Shown here in pieces: positions 1-12,613 of a stretch of DNA of 64,000 nt. The notes beneath the pieces are model-generated. The model ran no database searches, was not told the origin of the DNA, and saw only the letters and a program-made list of their open reading frames with translations. The DNA lies in assembly GCF_006345805.1 (NCBI RefSeq), contig NC_043005.1:18228001-18292000 (forward strand). Direction: 5' to 3'. Made by a program: the position numbers and the translations under genes. Source of the DNA: Octopus sinensis. Its lineage: Eukaryota. Every line of letters starts with the position of its first letter. Positions within the stretch are counted from its first letter, which is position 1.

Positions 1-510
1 ATAACCATTGAATTATAACCACACATGTTCTTTTCGATATAATTTCTGAAAGAAATTTGTGCTATATGAATAACTTTGTGTGATTGACACTTGTTGGCTA
101 TAATGTTCAAAAATGATTGCTAAAATGTACAAAGTAATTGAAATATGTTATGAATTTTTTTACTGACAAGTTTAAAGTTCTGCAGCTATTTCTAAATAAT
201 TTTATGTTGATTTCGCAAATATACCTTTAATACTCCGATTTCAAGCAACTTCATTAGGCACGCAATCATTATATAATTGTTACCCAAACACATTTAAAGA
301 TATTACTTAGTAAATATTTTTTCGATGTGTTCTTCTGTCTTATATTTTACATAACATGCCCAAACACACACACACACAGCATTTTTTTAAAAGCAAAAAT
401 TTAAACCTTATTGCTAAAAGAAGTGGTCACTTTAGCTTTAATTATATTATCAAATAAGATTCCAATATGCATTTTATTTTTAAAATCCCAAAAAATCTCT
501 TTTGCTCTCT

Positions 511-610
511 TACTTGTTTCAGTCATTTGACTGTGGCCATGCTGGAGCCCCGCCTTTTAGTCGAGCAAATCGACCCCATGACTTATTCTTTATAAGCTTA
601 GTACTTATTC
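511..610 (-). mobile_element. 3' tail fragment of tRNA-derived SINE family C
   Basis: tacttgtttcagtcatttgactgtggccatgctggagc...gtcgagcaaatcgacccc...gtacttattc matches the tail of the fuller copies at 35403-35816 and 58632-59054. Confidence 0.8.
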
Positions 611-946
611 TTTGCACATACAATGCGTGCAATATATTCAGATCCAGACATAACGCCTTCAGTTCAAATCGGAGCTGAAGAGGCATTTCCTGGCCATGGT
701 TCATTGTGTATGTGGAGAAAACAAAAAGCAAAATGAATAAATAGATAAAACCTGGTTATGCCTGCGTTTCTCACCCCAACATCACTTAGCGGTTATGCCT
801 GACCTGTGGCTAAGTAACTGCAGCTATAGCTTGTATACGATTGTACTGCACAATTACGATTCAAAACTGTCAGATACATTGAAAATGTCGCTAGCTATTC
901 TGTAAAGTAATAAAGACCGAAGCTTAGGTATGAGAGTGTGAGGATA

Positions 947-1061
947 TACTCTTTCACTCCTTTACTTGTTTCAGTCATTTGACTGTGGCTATGTTGGGGC
1001 ACCGCCTTTAGTCGAGCAAATCGCCCCCAGTACTTATTCTTTGTAAGCCTGGTACTTATTC
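947..1061 (-). mobile_element. 3' tail fragment of SINE family C
   Basis: Same tail sequence as 511-610 and 58632. Confidence 0.8.
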
Positions 1062-1604
1062 TTTGCACATAGAATGCGTGCAATGTATTCAGATCCAATT
1101 CGGAACTGAAGAGGCATTTTCTGTAACGCTTTATTGATATCACTGTAAAACTCACATAATGCATGTTGCAATCCCTTCTCAAAATGACTGCAACGAAGAA
1201 GTACTTAAAAACAAATTGTTTCAGCATTCTTCGAAATATCAGTTACTACCGAAGTGAAGAAAATCAAGATCATATGTTCTCCACATGATTTTCTACTTAG
1301 AACAGTGCTGGAAAATTTTCACTTCCCTTTAGTTTCGTCAATGCTTAGACATTTGTCCAAAGATGACTCATTGCATTTTACTTTCCCAGTTTTTACTTCA
1401 CAATAAATACGTCTGTGTGACTACTAATGCTTTACCCATGGTGCACTTTATACAGTTCAGCAGTCAAGATTTGGCAACTTGAGTTGATCGTGTGGTGGAG
1501 AAAATTGTTGAGTTCAAGTTGACGTCCCAGTGTTTCCTAGGATTCTGGGCAGGTATACTTCATAAAATTAAGGAGCTAATAGTATAAGTGTGGATAATTT
1601 ATTT

Positions 1605-1605
<1 letters not shown>

Positions 1606-1688
<83 letters not shown>
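1606..1688. repeat. (TG)n microsatellite
   Basis: Direct reading. Confidence 0.95.
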
Positions 1689-1691
<3 letters not shown>

Positions 1692-2149
1692 CAGAACACA
1701 ATGAATTCTTAATTTACTGAAATTTTCCAGTACAATACTTATAAATAGAGTTTGGTCATGAATGATTTGCATAAATATAATCAAAACGATGTAAAAGTAA
1801 TAAATTTTAATAATTTAAAGGCTGATGTATTGAATGCCGAATACAATGAATATTTAATTTGAAAAAAATTACGATGAATAACAACGAAAATGAAAAATCT
1901 AACGACATTTGTTAGGGCTGCAAATAATGAGAAAAAAATATTGCAAGAAATAAAAATAAATTTGTGAGTAGATATGTTAGGCCTACATATATATAGATAT
2001 GCATACACACGCACTCGCACATACAGACCATGACACACACAAATATATATATACCTACAAACATGTATATATATATATATATATGTATATACATGCACAC
2101 ATACACACGCATATCTTTTATACACAAATGGCAATTTTTGTCTGTCGCT

Positions 2150-2530
2150 CTGTCTTTTATCATCTTGCTTCCTACACCAGTGAACCAGTCTTGACGAAAC
2201 TTGGAAAACACGCATCTAAAACCCAAATCTTCAGTGATAATGGACTGAACTGCATCGTAACTAACCTGCATATCCTCTGATAACTCGCGGATGGTGATTC
2301 GAAGATTTCCCCTCACACCTGCACGCTTCCGTGATGCTTTTATCAGTTCTGCTGGTTGTAAGTCTCCCAGAACGTTCGGCAGTATCGACGTTTTTACCGG
2401 CCATCTTAGAAGCGTCTGAACCACTCGTAAACTTGTGTGCGGTTCATACACTCCTCTCCATACACTTTCTGCAACTTTGCTCAGGCCTCCTATCAAGTAT
2501 CGCCATGACAAAGTTTCTCTCTCATGGTAA
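2150..2530 (-). mobile_element. Decayed mariner transposase N-terminal (HTH) remnant
   Basis: Minus-strand RITIRELSEDMQVSYDAVQSIITEDLGFRCVFSKF and, in another frame, KMAGKNVDTAERSGR resemble mariner HTH motifs. Confidence 0.7.
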
Positions 2531-3503
2531 CTGCAACGATCACATGCTACACAAACGTGTGAGTGTGTGTTTGTGTGTGTGTGTGTTTGTGGTTATTCTA
2601 AGATTGATTTGGTTGTCCGGTAGTATTTCCATGTAATTTCAACCATTCCTGTAACCATTGTAGTTTCAATGCTGATAGTTTCTTCTCAATGTTTTTTGAG
2701 AATATCCATCTGTCATAAAGTTATCGTAAGATCATCACTGATTGCATTAGCCTTAATTTTTTGCTCTTTCCTCTTTGCTAAATGGAAGTGTTATTGCAAT
2801 TCTCTGTCCTTATCTTCGTTCTACACATTATATTTTCGTTGATTAGAGCTTAAGTAAATGAATATGTTCACTGATTTCAGCTGAATGTCATTGACTTAAA
2901 ATGCATTTTTATTACTAAACAGTTATTTGTTTATTTCGCGTGCTGTTCTCCTGTTATCACGATATCTCATTTTTCTGCGTTGATTTCCATTCTGTATTTA
3001 CATACAGCGATGCCTAGTTCTCTTCTGATTTGAGATAATTCACTTTTAGTAGCGCAGCTCACAAGTAAGCCACTTCTATAAATATTTGATTGCTGTTCAT
3101 TCTTCAGATAAATTCTACCCTGCCGTCAAAATTCTTTTGGGAATGTGCCAAGTTTTGTTTATAGAAACAGATTTTAAAATATTTGTGATAATGGGTACAG
3201 CTACCTAGCACCACTTCCCAATTCCGAATTGTAGCAATGTTTCAATGTTTTTCAGAACTGCACAATACTTTTATATATAGTTTTTTTTCTTCAGTATTTC
3301 AATTAATTGCATTGGGAGGTTATACCTCTTCATCCGACCCCATAGAACTTCTCTCCATATCCTTTGAAACCAACAAATGTATTGTAGGGAATAGTTGCTT
3401 TTGGCTCACTCTACATTTTTCAGATATTATTCTCATTTTTGTCTCAGAATACTAAGACCTCCTTTACATTCAACAATCATAAGTATTTATGTATTCATGC
3501 ATG

Positions 3504-3989
3504 CATTTTGAAGAAGGTCGTCTTGGGTACGAAACCCTAAAGCGCTGTCTTCGGAGGAGCTGTCATCAGAACTTAGTAAGAGCATAACTTGTTGGAGGTG
3601 TGAAAAGTGTAGCCGTGTGCCCCTTCCTAAGGCTTGGTGTGTCAACCATCTGAAGCCCTATGAAATATCGACTGTATGCATTCCTCCTCGACCTGATGAT
3701 TCAAAGTGTGTAGTATGTGAAAGAGCTTGTAAGACTGAAGTGACATATGACAGAATATAGCAATCATATCTTACAGGTTCATCCGATCAATGCAGTGGAT
3801 ATTACATTCAAAACATACAGATCTCTAGAGAGACTGAATAAGCATCTTCGCGGTATTAGAGGAAATTTCAGAAATGTCATTAACAACGAGGCACCTCAGA
3901 GGGACGGCAATCCTCTGTGAAGAAGGAGAAGTCACCATGTATGTATGTATGTATGTATGTATGTATGTATGTATGTATGTATGTATGTA
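3504..3989 (+). mobile_element. 5'-truncated, decayed RTE LINE 3' end with zinc-finger remnants and (ATGT)n tail
   Basis: HFEEGRLGYETLKRCLRR, then CEKCSRV..KA..VNHLK, KCVVCERACKT and TYRSLERLNKHLR across frameshifts; (ATGT)n starts at 3937. Confidence 0.65.
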
Positions 3990-4039
3990 CGTACGTATGC
4001 ATAACTGAAGATTTGTATGTTTTGCTTTATGTATGTATT

Positions 4040-4355
4040 CTCATGCATATAGTTGCATATCTAGACACGCTCATATATATTTAAATGATAAAATTCTGCT
4101 AAGTTTTACAGACTTTTACAGTTCCAGTGATGGATTGGATCTGTAGCCTTCGAATTAGCTTTTTCCTTTCTGGTTTTGAGAAGCCTTATTTCTCAAGATT
4201 GGCAGTCTGTTAGTTATCCCAGGTCGACAATAATTACAAGTATAAACGTGAACTTGTAATCTGGATAGAGTAACTGCAGATTTCCACAATATTTCAGCGT
4301 AGGTGTTCTCTTTTTCACTAATCTTCAGCTTTATGTTAACATTCGCTGGGCAGCT
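4040..4355 (-). mobile_element. 3' fragment of restriction-like-endonuclease (R4/Dong-type) LINE
   Basis: Minus-strand CPANVNIKLKISEKENTYAE; alignable with about 9930-10215. Confidence 0.7.
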
Positions 4356-4388
4356 ATGTGTAATATGTTTGTACATATGTATATTTGC

Positions 4389-5215
4389 AGTCATCTAAGA
4401 TGTCCTGGCCATTTGATACGGATGAATGATGAACGGATCTCTAAATAGGTGTGTTCTCTGCTGGGAAGCGGAAATAGTACAAACCAAAAGTGACGGCGAA
4501 AAGGTTTGCTAAACACCAGCTTTGGGGAGTTGAATTTACCATACAACGATGTTGAATCTATTGCTCTTGACAGAAATAAATGCTGAAAAAAATCTGGTCT
4601 GAGGTAATAAATTCCGAAGGAAAAAAAACAAACATAAGCAAAAATGAAAAGAAAACAAGGGAAAAATAAATAGCTGGCGAAAAAAATAATTTGCGTCTTC
4701 CTTCAGTTGCTAAACATGTAGTGAGACTTGTCTTTCTAAGATTGGCTTAATTTCAGATCTCAGAAATTATTTTCCTGCAGTTGTCCGAAGCCACATAAAG
4801 ATCGTTCTAGCAGACACGTTGGAATTTTCCACACTTGTAGTAAGGCATGTGAGCTTCGCTCTGGTCTACAGAAGCATTTAAATATCCATAAATCACAAAA
4901 AAAAACTGCGTCGCTTCATGTGAGATATATTTGCCCTATTTGTAATGCAAATATTACAAACAGCGCTCGGCACTCAAGCGCCATTTATGTGGTCATGCAA
5001 GAGAAAAACACATCAAACAAGAAGTGGCCAAGCTTTGAGTTGAAGCGAACTACCTCCCTGTACGTACGTACGTATGTATGCATTATGCATGCATGTATGT
5101 ACGTCTATACTTATACATGCATGTATGTATGTAGGCATGCATGCATGTATGTAAGCATTATGTATGTATGTATGTATGTATGTATGTATGTATGTATGTA
5201 TGTATGTATGTATGT
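4389..5215 (+). mobile_element. Second decayed RTE 3' fragment with three C2H2 remnants and (ATGT)n tail
   Basis: SHLRCPGHLIRMNDERISK...NDVESIALDRNK, then C*TCSETCLSKIGLISDLRN, FHTCSKACELRSGLQKHLNIH and ICPICNA...ALKRHLCGH; ATGT-type tail about 5060-5215. Confidence 0.75.
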
Positions 5216-5438
5216 GGTTGCTACACATTCTACTTCGTAAAGATATCTATAAGTACATCCCGAATTCTAGAAAAATCATACACACAGTTTTTTCTAGAAA
5301 ACCCATACACAGTTTTATATACCAGCACGCACTGCACACAAATATATACACAAAGCAAATTTAGATCATACTTTCTTCTTCACCAACCATTGTATCCTTA
5401 CAACTTTTGATTGTACATATAACTGTATGTTTTTGTAT

Positions 5439-8400
5439 GGCAGGTCACTTTCGAGTGCTACTGGTAACATGTAACCCAGAACAACCTGTTGCATGGTCGG
5501 GTCGTCGGCGACTAAACCGGCAACCCCACCAAGCTTGCTTGGTGAGGAGGGTGTTTATTGGACTCCCTGCGGATGAAAAACAAAACCCGTCAAAGGGAGG
5601 AGGAACTCTTGTGAGTCAACGGCCATCCAGTAAATGTGTTTTTTTTTCTTCTTAAGGCTTAAGGCTGTATCATGCGCGGGGACATAGAAATAATCGGACA
5701 GTATACCCGATCGCGCGGTTAAACCATTGGGAGTGAAGGACTCCTAGCCTTTGTTAGGGCATCCTTCTAGGAGAAGGTAACTCAGGTAACTAGGATAACT
5801 CCGACATAAAACCTGCGGCTCAGTGGTTACCGAAGATGTTGACTTGTTCTTCTTTTCGGATTATGACTGCTGCTGCTTAGTGAGTGGGATTGACTCAGTG
5901 CACAGCCTTTCCTCACTTAAAAAAAAATCTTTTTGTACAGGTATTGCACGATAACTACATTGGATTGATTAAAGTGATTAACTAATTCATGACTGTTGAT
6001 AGTGCTGTGAGTCTCAACTGAATGGCTGCCTGTAGCCTTAAAAAGCAAAAAAGCAATGATGTACCAAAACAGTATAAAAATAAATGGCAGTAAGGAATCT
6101 GGAACCACATCGGCTGAAAGAGTCTAGCCCGGCAGAGGCTCCAGAGCATCACAATCTGAACCCGGCCGTCATCATGCTACTGTGATAGAACCAAAGAAAA
6201 TAATGAATATTGGCTGTTGGAATGTACGGACACTGCTTGACCACAAGTCCTCTGAATGTCCTGAAAGAAGGACTGCGCTTGTTGCGAAGGAGCTTCAACG
6301 CTATGATCTTGACATCGTTGCTTTATCTGAGACGAGATTACCTGGAGATGGTCATCTTACAGAATATTGTGGAAAATATACATTATTTTAGAAAGGGAGA
6401 GATGAAGATCTTAGAGGAGAAGCTGGAGTGGCATTTGCTGTTAAGACTACTCTTGTGGACAAGTTGGAAGAATTCCCAATCGGAATTAACGAGCGTCTTA
6501 TGACCATGAGAATTCCCTTGGCTAAAGGAAATTATATGACCTTGGTGAGTGTGTATGCTCCAACTATGTGCTATACTGATGACGAAAAACTTTCTTTCTA
6601 CCATGCTTTGAAGGGCATTATAAGAAATATCCCTATGGCAGACAAAGTCATTGTACTGGGTGACTTTAATGCTAGAGTGGGTAGGGATTTTAACACATGG
6701 ACTGTAATTGGAAAGCCTGGGGTGGGGAAGTGTAATAGTAATGGCATGCTTTTGCTGCAGATGTGTGAGGAGCTGAGTCTGTGTGTTACCAATACCATGT
6801 TTCAACAAAAGAATAAGCTTAAGACTACATGGATGTACCCTGCATCTAAACAATGGCATATTCTGGATTACATCCTTGTTAGGATGCGTGAGAGACAGGA
6901 TGTGCAGTGAGTTCGTGTTCTTCGTGGAGCTGAGTGTTGGACTGACCACCGCCTAGTACGTGCAAAAATGAAATTAGTCACAAAACATAAAATCCGAGCT
7001 GCAGGGATGACCCTGCCTAAAAGACTGAATGTTGATCGTCTTAGGTATAATAGTGTGAAGAGAACTTTACGAGAGGAAATGAATGCTGCAGATACTGGGG
7101 AGGATTGGCTGACCCTTAAAAAGTTAGTTTATGATATGGGCAAAAAAGTTCTGGGATTGATACAAAGAAAGCATCAATATTGGTTCAAAGAAAATGATGA
7201 ACATATAGATGATTTATTGGCTGATAAAAGACGTACTTTGTCATGCTATTTGTGAGCAAAGTCACAGGAAAGGGAAGTGTTGCATAGGGAGCTCAAGGAC
7301 GTAAAATCACGTGTGAGGCAAAAGCTTTCTCAGATGAGGGATAAGTGGTGCATTAAGAAGACTGAAGAGATACAGGCGGCATCAGATTCCAATAACACAA
7401 AGCTGTTGTATGGTCTCTTGCGAGAAGTTTATGGACCGACATCTTCCCCGATGACACCAATTCGAAGCAGGGATGGTAAAGAACTTCTTCGTGATTCAAA
7501 GGAATTCTGCAAAGGTGGCAAGAACACTTTGATGAACTTTTGAATCAGCAGTATGTAGTTAGTGAGGATGTTCTCAATCTCATCCTTGGATTGCCTGTGA
7601 AGGCAGCACTCGCAGAACCACCAAAGTTGGAAGAAGTTGCAATGGCTGTCTCAAGGTTGAATAATGGGAAGTCTCCGGGTATGGATGGCATACATGCGGA
7701 GTTGTTACAGCATGGTGGTGAGAAACTTCTGCAGAAACTTCACTCCTTGTTTAGTAAGGTATGGACTCGTGAATCTGTACTTGAGGACTGGAGAGATGCA
7801 GTAATGGTGGTCCTGTATAAGGGAAAGGGCAACAGTAATGATTGTGGTAATTATAGGGGAATATCCTTGCTGTCTGCTGTAGGAAAGGTTTTATGCAGTA
7901 TACTTCTGGATCGTCTGCTGAAATACATTGCAGATTGTGTTCTTCCAGAAAGTCAATCTGGCTTTCGTGTGGGACGAGGCACTGCTGATATGATCTTTTC
8001 AGCTAGACAGCTTCAGGAAAAGTGTGTAGAACAGGGTCTGGATTTGTATCAGGTGTTTGTCGATCTGACAAAAGCATTTGATACCGTCAATAGAAAAGCA
8101 TTGTGGAAAGTCCTCCAGAAACTTGGGTGTCCTGAAAAGTTCCTTGCTTTGGTTAGGTCTTTTCATGAAGACATGAATGGTAGGGTGAATGTTAGAGGGA
8201 AGATGTCGGAGCCCATTTCAATACAAAATGGAGTGAAACAGGGGGATATTCTGGCACCGACCCTATTTTCCATATATTTCGCGATAGTGTTTGTATTGCA
8301 TTCAGAAACTGCAGATACGGTGTTTACGTCCATTATCGAACCTCTGGCAGCATATTTAATATCAGGCGCCTTGCTGCAAAAACAAAGATATTTACATCTA

Positions 8401-9720
8401 TCATAAGGGACCCTTTGTATGCTGATGATTGTGAGCTAGTAGCACACACAGAGATTGATATGCAACACATTTTGAATGCATTCTCTGATGCTTGCACTGC
8501 CTTAGGATTGACAGTCAATCTCAAGAAAACTGTTGTCATGCATCAACCTGCCCCTGGTAAGCAGTATAGTGTACTAAATATCTATGTGAATGGTAAACGA
8601 CTTGATGTAGTCGATCAGTTTGTCTACCTGGGAAGCACTGTTAATAGATATGGCAATGTGGATGATGAAGTTCCATATAGAATTAGGAAAGCAAGCGTTG
8701 CTTTCGGAAGGCTAGAAAAGCGCCTCTGGAGTCGGCGAGACATATGCAGAAAGACAAAGATAAAGATGTACAAGGCATGTGTGCACCCTTCTCTTCTCTA
8801 TGCCTGCGAGATGTGGGTCACATATCGATACCACCTTAAACATCTGGAACGTTTCCATCAGATGTGCCTCAGACGGATCTATAGCATTAAGTGGAAGGAC
8901 CGCATCAGTGATCTTGAAATACTCGAAGGCTCTCGATGTGTAAGTATAGAAGCACATGTGTTAAAGCAAAGACTCAGACGGAGTGGTCATCTGGTCAGAA
9001 TGAGGGATTCATGGATGCCAAAACAACTCTTTTATGGAGAGTTAGCTAAAGGAGAACGATCCACATAAACCAAAAAGGAGGTATAAGGACTTGCTGAAGG
9101 CTTTCTTAAGAGATGCTTGCATCTCTCCTGACACATGGGAAGGCATAGCTATTGATCGTAGCAGGTGGAGAAGGATTGTGCATGAGGGGACAGCCACGTT
9201 TGAGAAATCTGGAGTTGCACAGGAGAAAGTAAGGAGGGATGTCAAGAAGGGCATCGCTGTTACACTTCCAGAAGGGAAGGGTCTTCCTTTGATTCTGACA
9301 TGCAATGTCTGTGCAAGACCCTGCCTCAGTAAAGCTGGACTCATGAGTCATCTTCGTAGTCATAAAACGAGACAGATGAGTGATAACCTGGGCACTGGTG
9401 GTGGTGTAATACACCATACTAATCATATCTGTCGGGCATGTGGAAGAGAGTGTAATTCGGCAGGAGGACTTAAACGACATGCAAACGTACATGAAGCCCA
9501 GTTACAACTACAGCCGGCTATTACCAGTAAAGGTCTTAGTTGCCAATTTTGTACAACGCATTGTAGATCTTTAGCTGGGCTAAAAAGTCACATTCGATCA
9601 TAGCACCAGTAACAGTTAAGCTTCGTGCAATGGCCATACTCGATAACGAGGGGGCAGCCACATAATGTATGTATGTATGTATGTATGTATGTATGTATGT
9701 ATGTATATATGTATATATGT
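5439..9720 (+). mobile_element. Near full-length RTE-clade non-LTR retrotransposon (5'UTR, single APE-RT ORF, 3' hairpin, (ATGT)n tail)
   Basis: APE motifs MNIGCWNVRTLLD, IVALSETR, VSVYAPT, GDFNARVG, TDHRLV; RT motifs QSGFRVGRGTADMIF, FVDLTKAFDTV, GVKQGDILAPTLFSIY, YADD; tail from about 9666. Confidence 0.95.
6203..9603 (+). pseudogene. Disrupted RTE ORF (AP endonuclease + reverse transcriptase + three C-terminal C2H2 fingers)
   Basis: Track ORFs 6182-6391, 6428-6910, 6968-7255, 7277-7543, 7540-8406, 8415-9068 and 9091-9603 join into one protein broken by in-frame stops (6389, 6908, 7253) and frameshifts. Confidence 0.9.
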
Positions 9721-9740
9721 ATGAATACGTGTATGTATGT

Positions 9741-10540
9741 CATTGCTTAATTTTATTTCAAGATTTCTTGTCAATAGAGAAAGGACCGGTTTCTAACCTA
9801 GATACACGGCTCCTTCATTGGAATTTCAACATCGACAACAGGGTATTTTTGTATGTTTGTATGTTTGTATGTATGTATGTATGTATGTATGTATGTATGC
9901 ATATGTGCATATCTGTATGTTTTATGTATGTTGCATATGTAGACATGTTCATATATATTTAAATGTATTTTATAGTTCCAGTGATGGATTGGACCTATAG
10001 TCTTCGAATAAGCTTTCTCTTTTCTGGTTTTAAGAAGCCTAATTTCTCAAGATTGAAATTTAGGCAGTGTATTATATATCCCAGTGCCCCAATAATTACA
10101 AATATAAACCTGAACTTATAATCTGGATAGAATAACTGTAGATTTCTCGATAGTTCAGACTAGGTATTCTCTTTTTCATTGATCTTCAGCTTTATGTTAA
10201 CATCCGCTGGGCAGTTAATTTCCACAACTGTACACAGTTTCTCTTCTCTGTAATAAATCATTATATCAGGTCTGTTGAGCTTTCATTTTATTGAGGTTTT
10301 CACTGAAGCATTCCACCAGTTTTCCTTTTTATTATGAGTGGTTATGGCTGTTACTATACTGTGGGTTCTTATTTCTTTGTCCACGGTATTATCCTTCTGA
10401 CGGATTTCATTATAGAGTGTCCTAGCTACAACATCACGTCTCATCAGTAGATAATACAGTGCTGACAATTTTCGAACAACTGCTTATTTTGTGGATGATA
10501 TCTTCGGTGTTAACTCCAAAAAGTCTGCATCACTTGTCAC
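9741..10540 (-). mobile_element. 3' portion of RLE-type (R4/Dong-like) LINE embedded in (ATGT)n
   Basis: Minus strand: CRLFGVNTEDIIHKISSC (CCHC knuckle remnant), MRRDVVARTLYNEI, ENWWN, NRPDIMIYYREEKLCTVVEINCPADVNIKLKINEKEN, FVIIGALG. Assigning 9741-9845 to its 3'UTR is inferred. Confidence 0.8.
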
Positions 10541-11424
10541 ATGAATGTATGTATGTATGTATGCATGTATGTATGTATGTATGTATGTATGTATATAAGC
10601 TTCTTATGAGTGTAGGACTATTTATCGGTCTGTCTGTTTGTATGTATTTAAGTAATTATGTATATGTGTATGTATGAATGAATGAATATATTTGTATATG
10701 TGTGTCTATGGTTGTTTATATATATGTATTCATGTATGTGAGTACGTGTGTGTCTGTGTAAATGCAACTGCAAGTATATGTGCACATATGAAGTTCCAAA
10801 AATTACAACTACAATTTATTCGTTTCCGCCACTAAGCTGTAGAGACTAAGCTATTGTTAATGCATTCAATATTTTCCTATCTAGTATGTAAACAGAAGAA
10901 TTTAAATAACTTCATTCATACACATATACACACAAACATACATACATACACGTACACACCCTTTCTCCTCCTCCTCCTCCTCCTCCTCCTCCTCCTCTTC
11001 CTCCTCTCTCTCAGTCTGACAACGGTAAACTAGCTGATTCTACGAAGTCACTGTCAACGTTTCCCATATAAAAAATTATCAATTGTATATTTTTCTGAAA
11101 AAATATTGTCTGATTGCTGCTTCTTCACGTTATTTTGCATAAAATCAAACAACCGAATGTATAGAGGCTATGTATGCCGGAAGACAAGATGGAAGTGCAC
11201 TGATACAGGGTCACGCAAAGACTTCAAAGAACAATAGGATTAAAAATTCCTTTCACAATATTAAAAACAAAAAACTATAAGACATTTTATTATTTTTGTA
11301 AGTCGATAAATTTATTTAAACATAAAACAGAGTGCATTTCATTTCCTTCTTTCTCTATTAATGTCCATTTTCACATGTATGTATGTTTCTATCCATACAC
11401 AAACATACATACAGACACACAGAC

Positions 11425-11821
11425 AGGGGGCTAAACATAGATGGGACAAACAAGGACAGACAAAGGGATTACGTCGATTACATCGACCCCAATGCGTAAC
11501 TGGTACTTATTTAATAGACCGCGAAAGGATGAAAGGCAAAGTCGACCTCGGTGGAATTTGAACTCAGAACGTAGCGGCAGACGAAATACCTATTTCTTTA
11601 CTACCCACAAGGGGCTAAACACAAAGAGGACAAACATGGACAGACAAACGGATTAAGTCGATTACATCGACCCCAGTGCGTAACTGGTGCTTAATTTATC
11701 GACCCCGAAAGGATGAAAGGCAAAGTCGACCTCGGCGGAATTTGAACTCAAAACGTAACGGCAGACGAAATACGGCTACGCATTTCGCCCGGCGTGCTAA
11801 CGGTTCTGCCAGCTCGCCACC
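11425..11821 (-). mobile_element. tRNA-derived SINE family B, dimeric (internal tandem duplication)
   Basis: Head ggtggcgagctggcagaaccgttagcacgccgggcgaaatg; two copies of gtcgactttgcctttcatcctttcg(g/c)ggtc. Confidence 0.85.
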
Positions 11822-12217
11822 CTACACACACAGACAAACACACACGCACATACACATACACACACACACACACATACATATACACACACACACATCGCTT
11901 TGCTTTGGAACTACGGTCTTGCCAATCTAAACACACGCACGGGATGTAGATTTATCAATGCCATACATTATAATATGTAAATTTCTATTCAAGCTGCGAC
12001 TACGTTTATTTTGTTTGGCTTTTGTTCATTGCTAGTAAATCTCTATATCGAAACATATGTAAGCATATATATGCATACATACTTGCACACACGTACAAAC
12101 ATGTAGAACACCAGTGTATGTTTTTTATATTCATTACATGTTTTTCGGTCCTACATAGTGGTCGAATGCGCGTGTCTGTGCGTGCGTGCATACGTGAGTG
12201 TGCTCGTACACGGTGGT

Positions 12218-12613
12218 AAGGCGGCGAGCTGGCAGAAACGTTAGCACGCCGAGCGAAATGCTTAGCGGTATTTCGTCTGCGTTACGTTGTGAGTTCAAAT
12301 TCCGCCGAGGTCGACTTTGCCTTTCATCCTTTCGGGGTCGATAAATTAAGTACCAGTTACGCACTGGGGTCGATGTAATCGACTTAATCCGTTTTCCTGT
12401 TCCTGTTTGTCCTCTCTGTGTTTAGCCCCTTGTGGGTAGTAAAGAAATAGGTATTTCGTCTGCCTTTACGTTCTGAGTTCAAATTCCACCGAGGTGAGCT
12501 TTGCCTTTCCTCCTTTCGGAGTCTATAAATTAAGTACTAGTTGCGTACTGGGGTCGATCTAATCGACTGACCCTCTTCCCCCTAAATTGCTGGCCTTGTG
12601 CATAGAGTAGAAA
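12218..12613 (+). mobile_element. tRNA-derived SINE family B, dimeric
   Basis: Reverse complement of 11425-11821 over most of its length. Confidence 0.85.

Larger units (their letters stand above)
511..1120 (+). repeat. Local A-B-A tandem duplication (unit about 450 bp); the B-A part recurs at about 18995-19735
   Basis: SINE tail plus junction ttctttgcacata(c/g)aatgcgtgcaat...ggagctgaagaggcattt occurs at 511-690 and 963-1120; ggttcattgtgtatgtggagaaaacaaaaagc...ctattctgtaaagtaat recurs at about 19000. Confidence 0.85.

Noticed and set aside
9091-9603. 170-aa C2H2 ORF as a host zinc-finger gene
   Set aside because: Collinear continuation of the RTE ORF, followed by the RTE 3' hairpin and tail; no TGEKP linkers.
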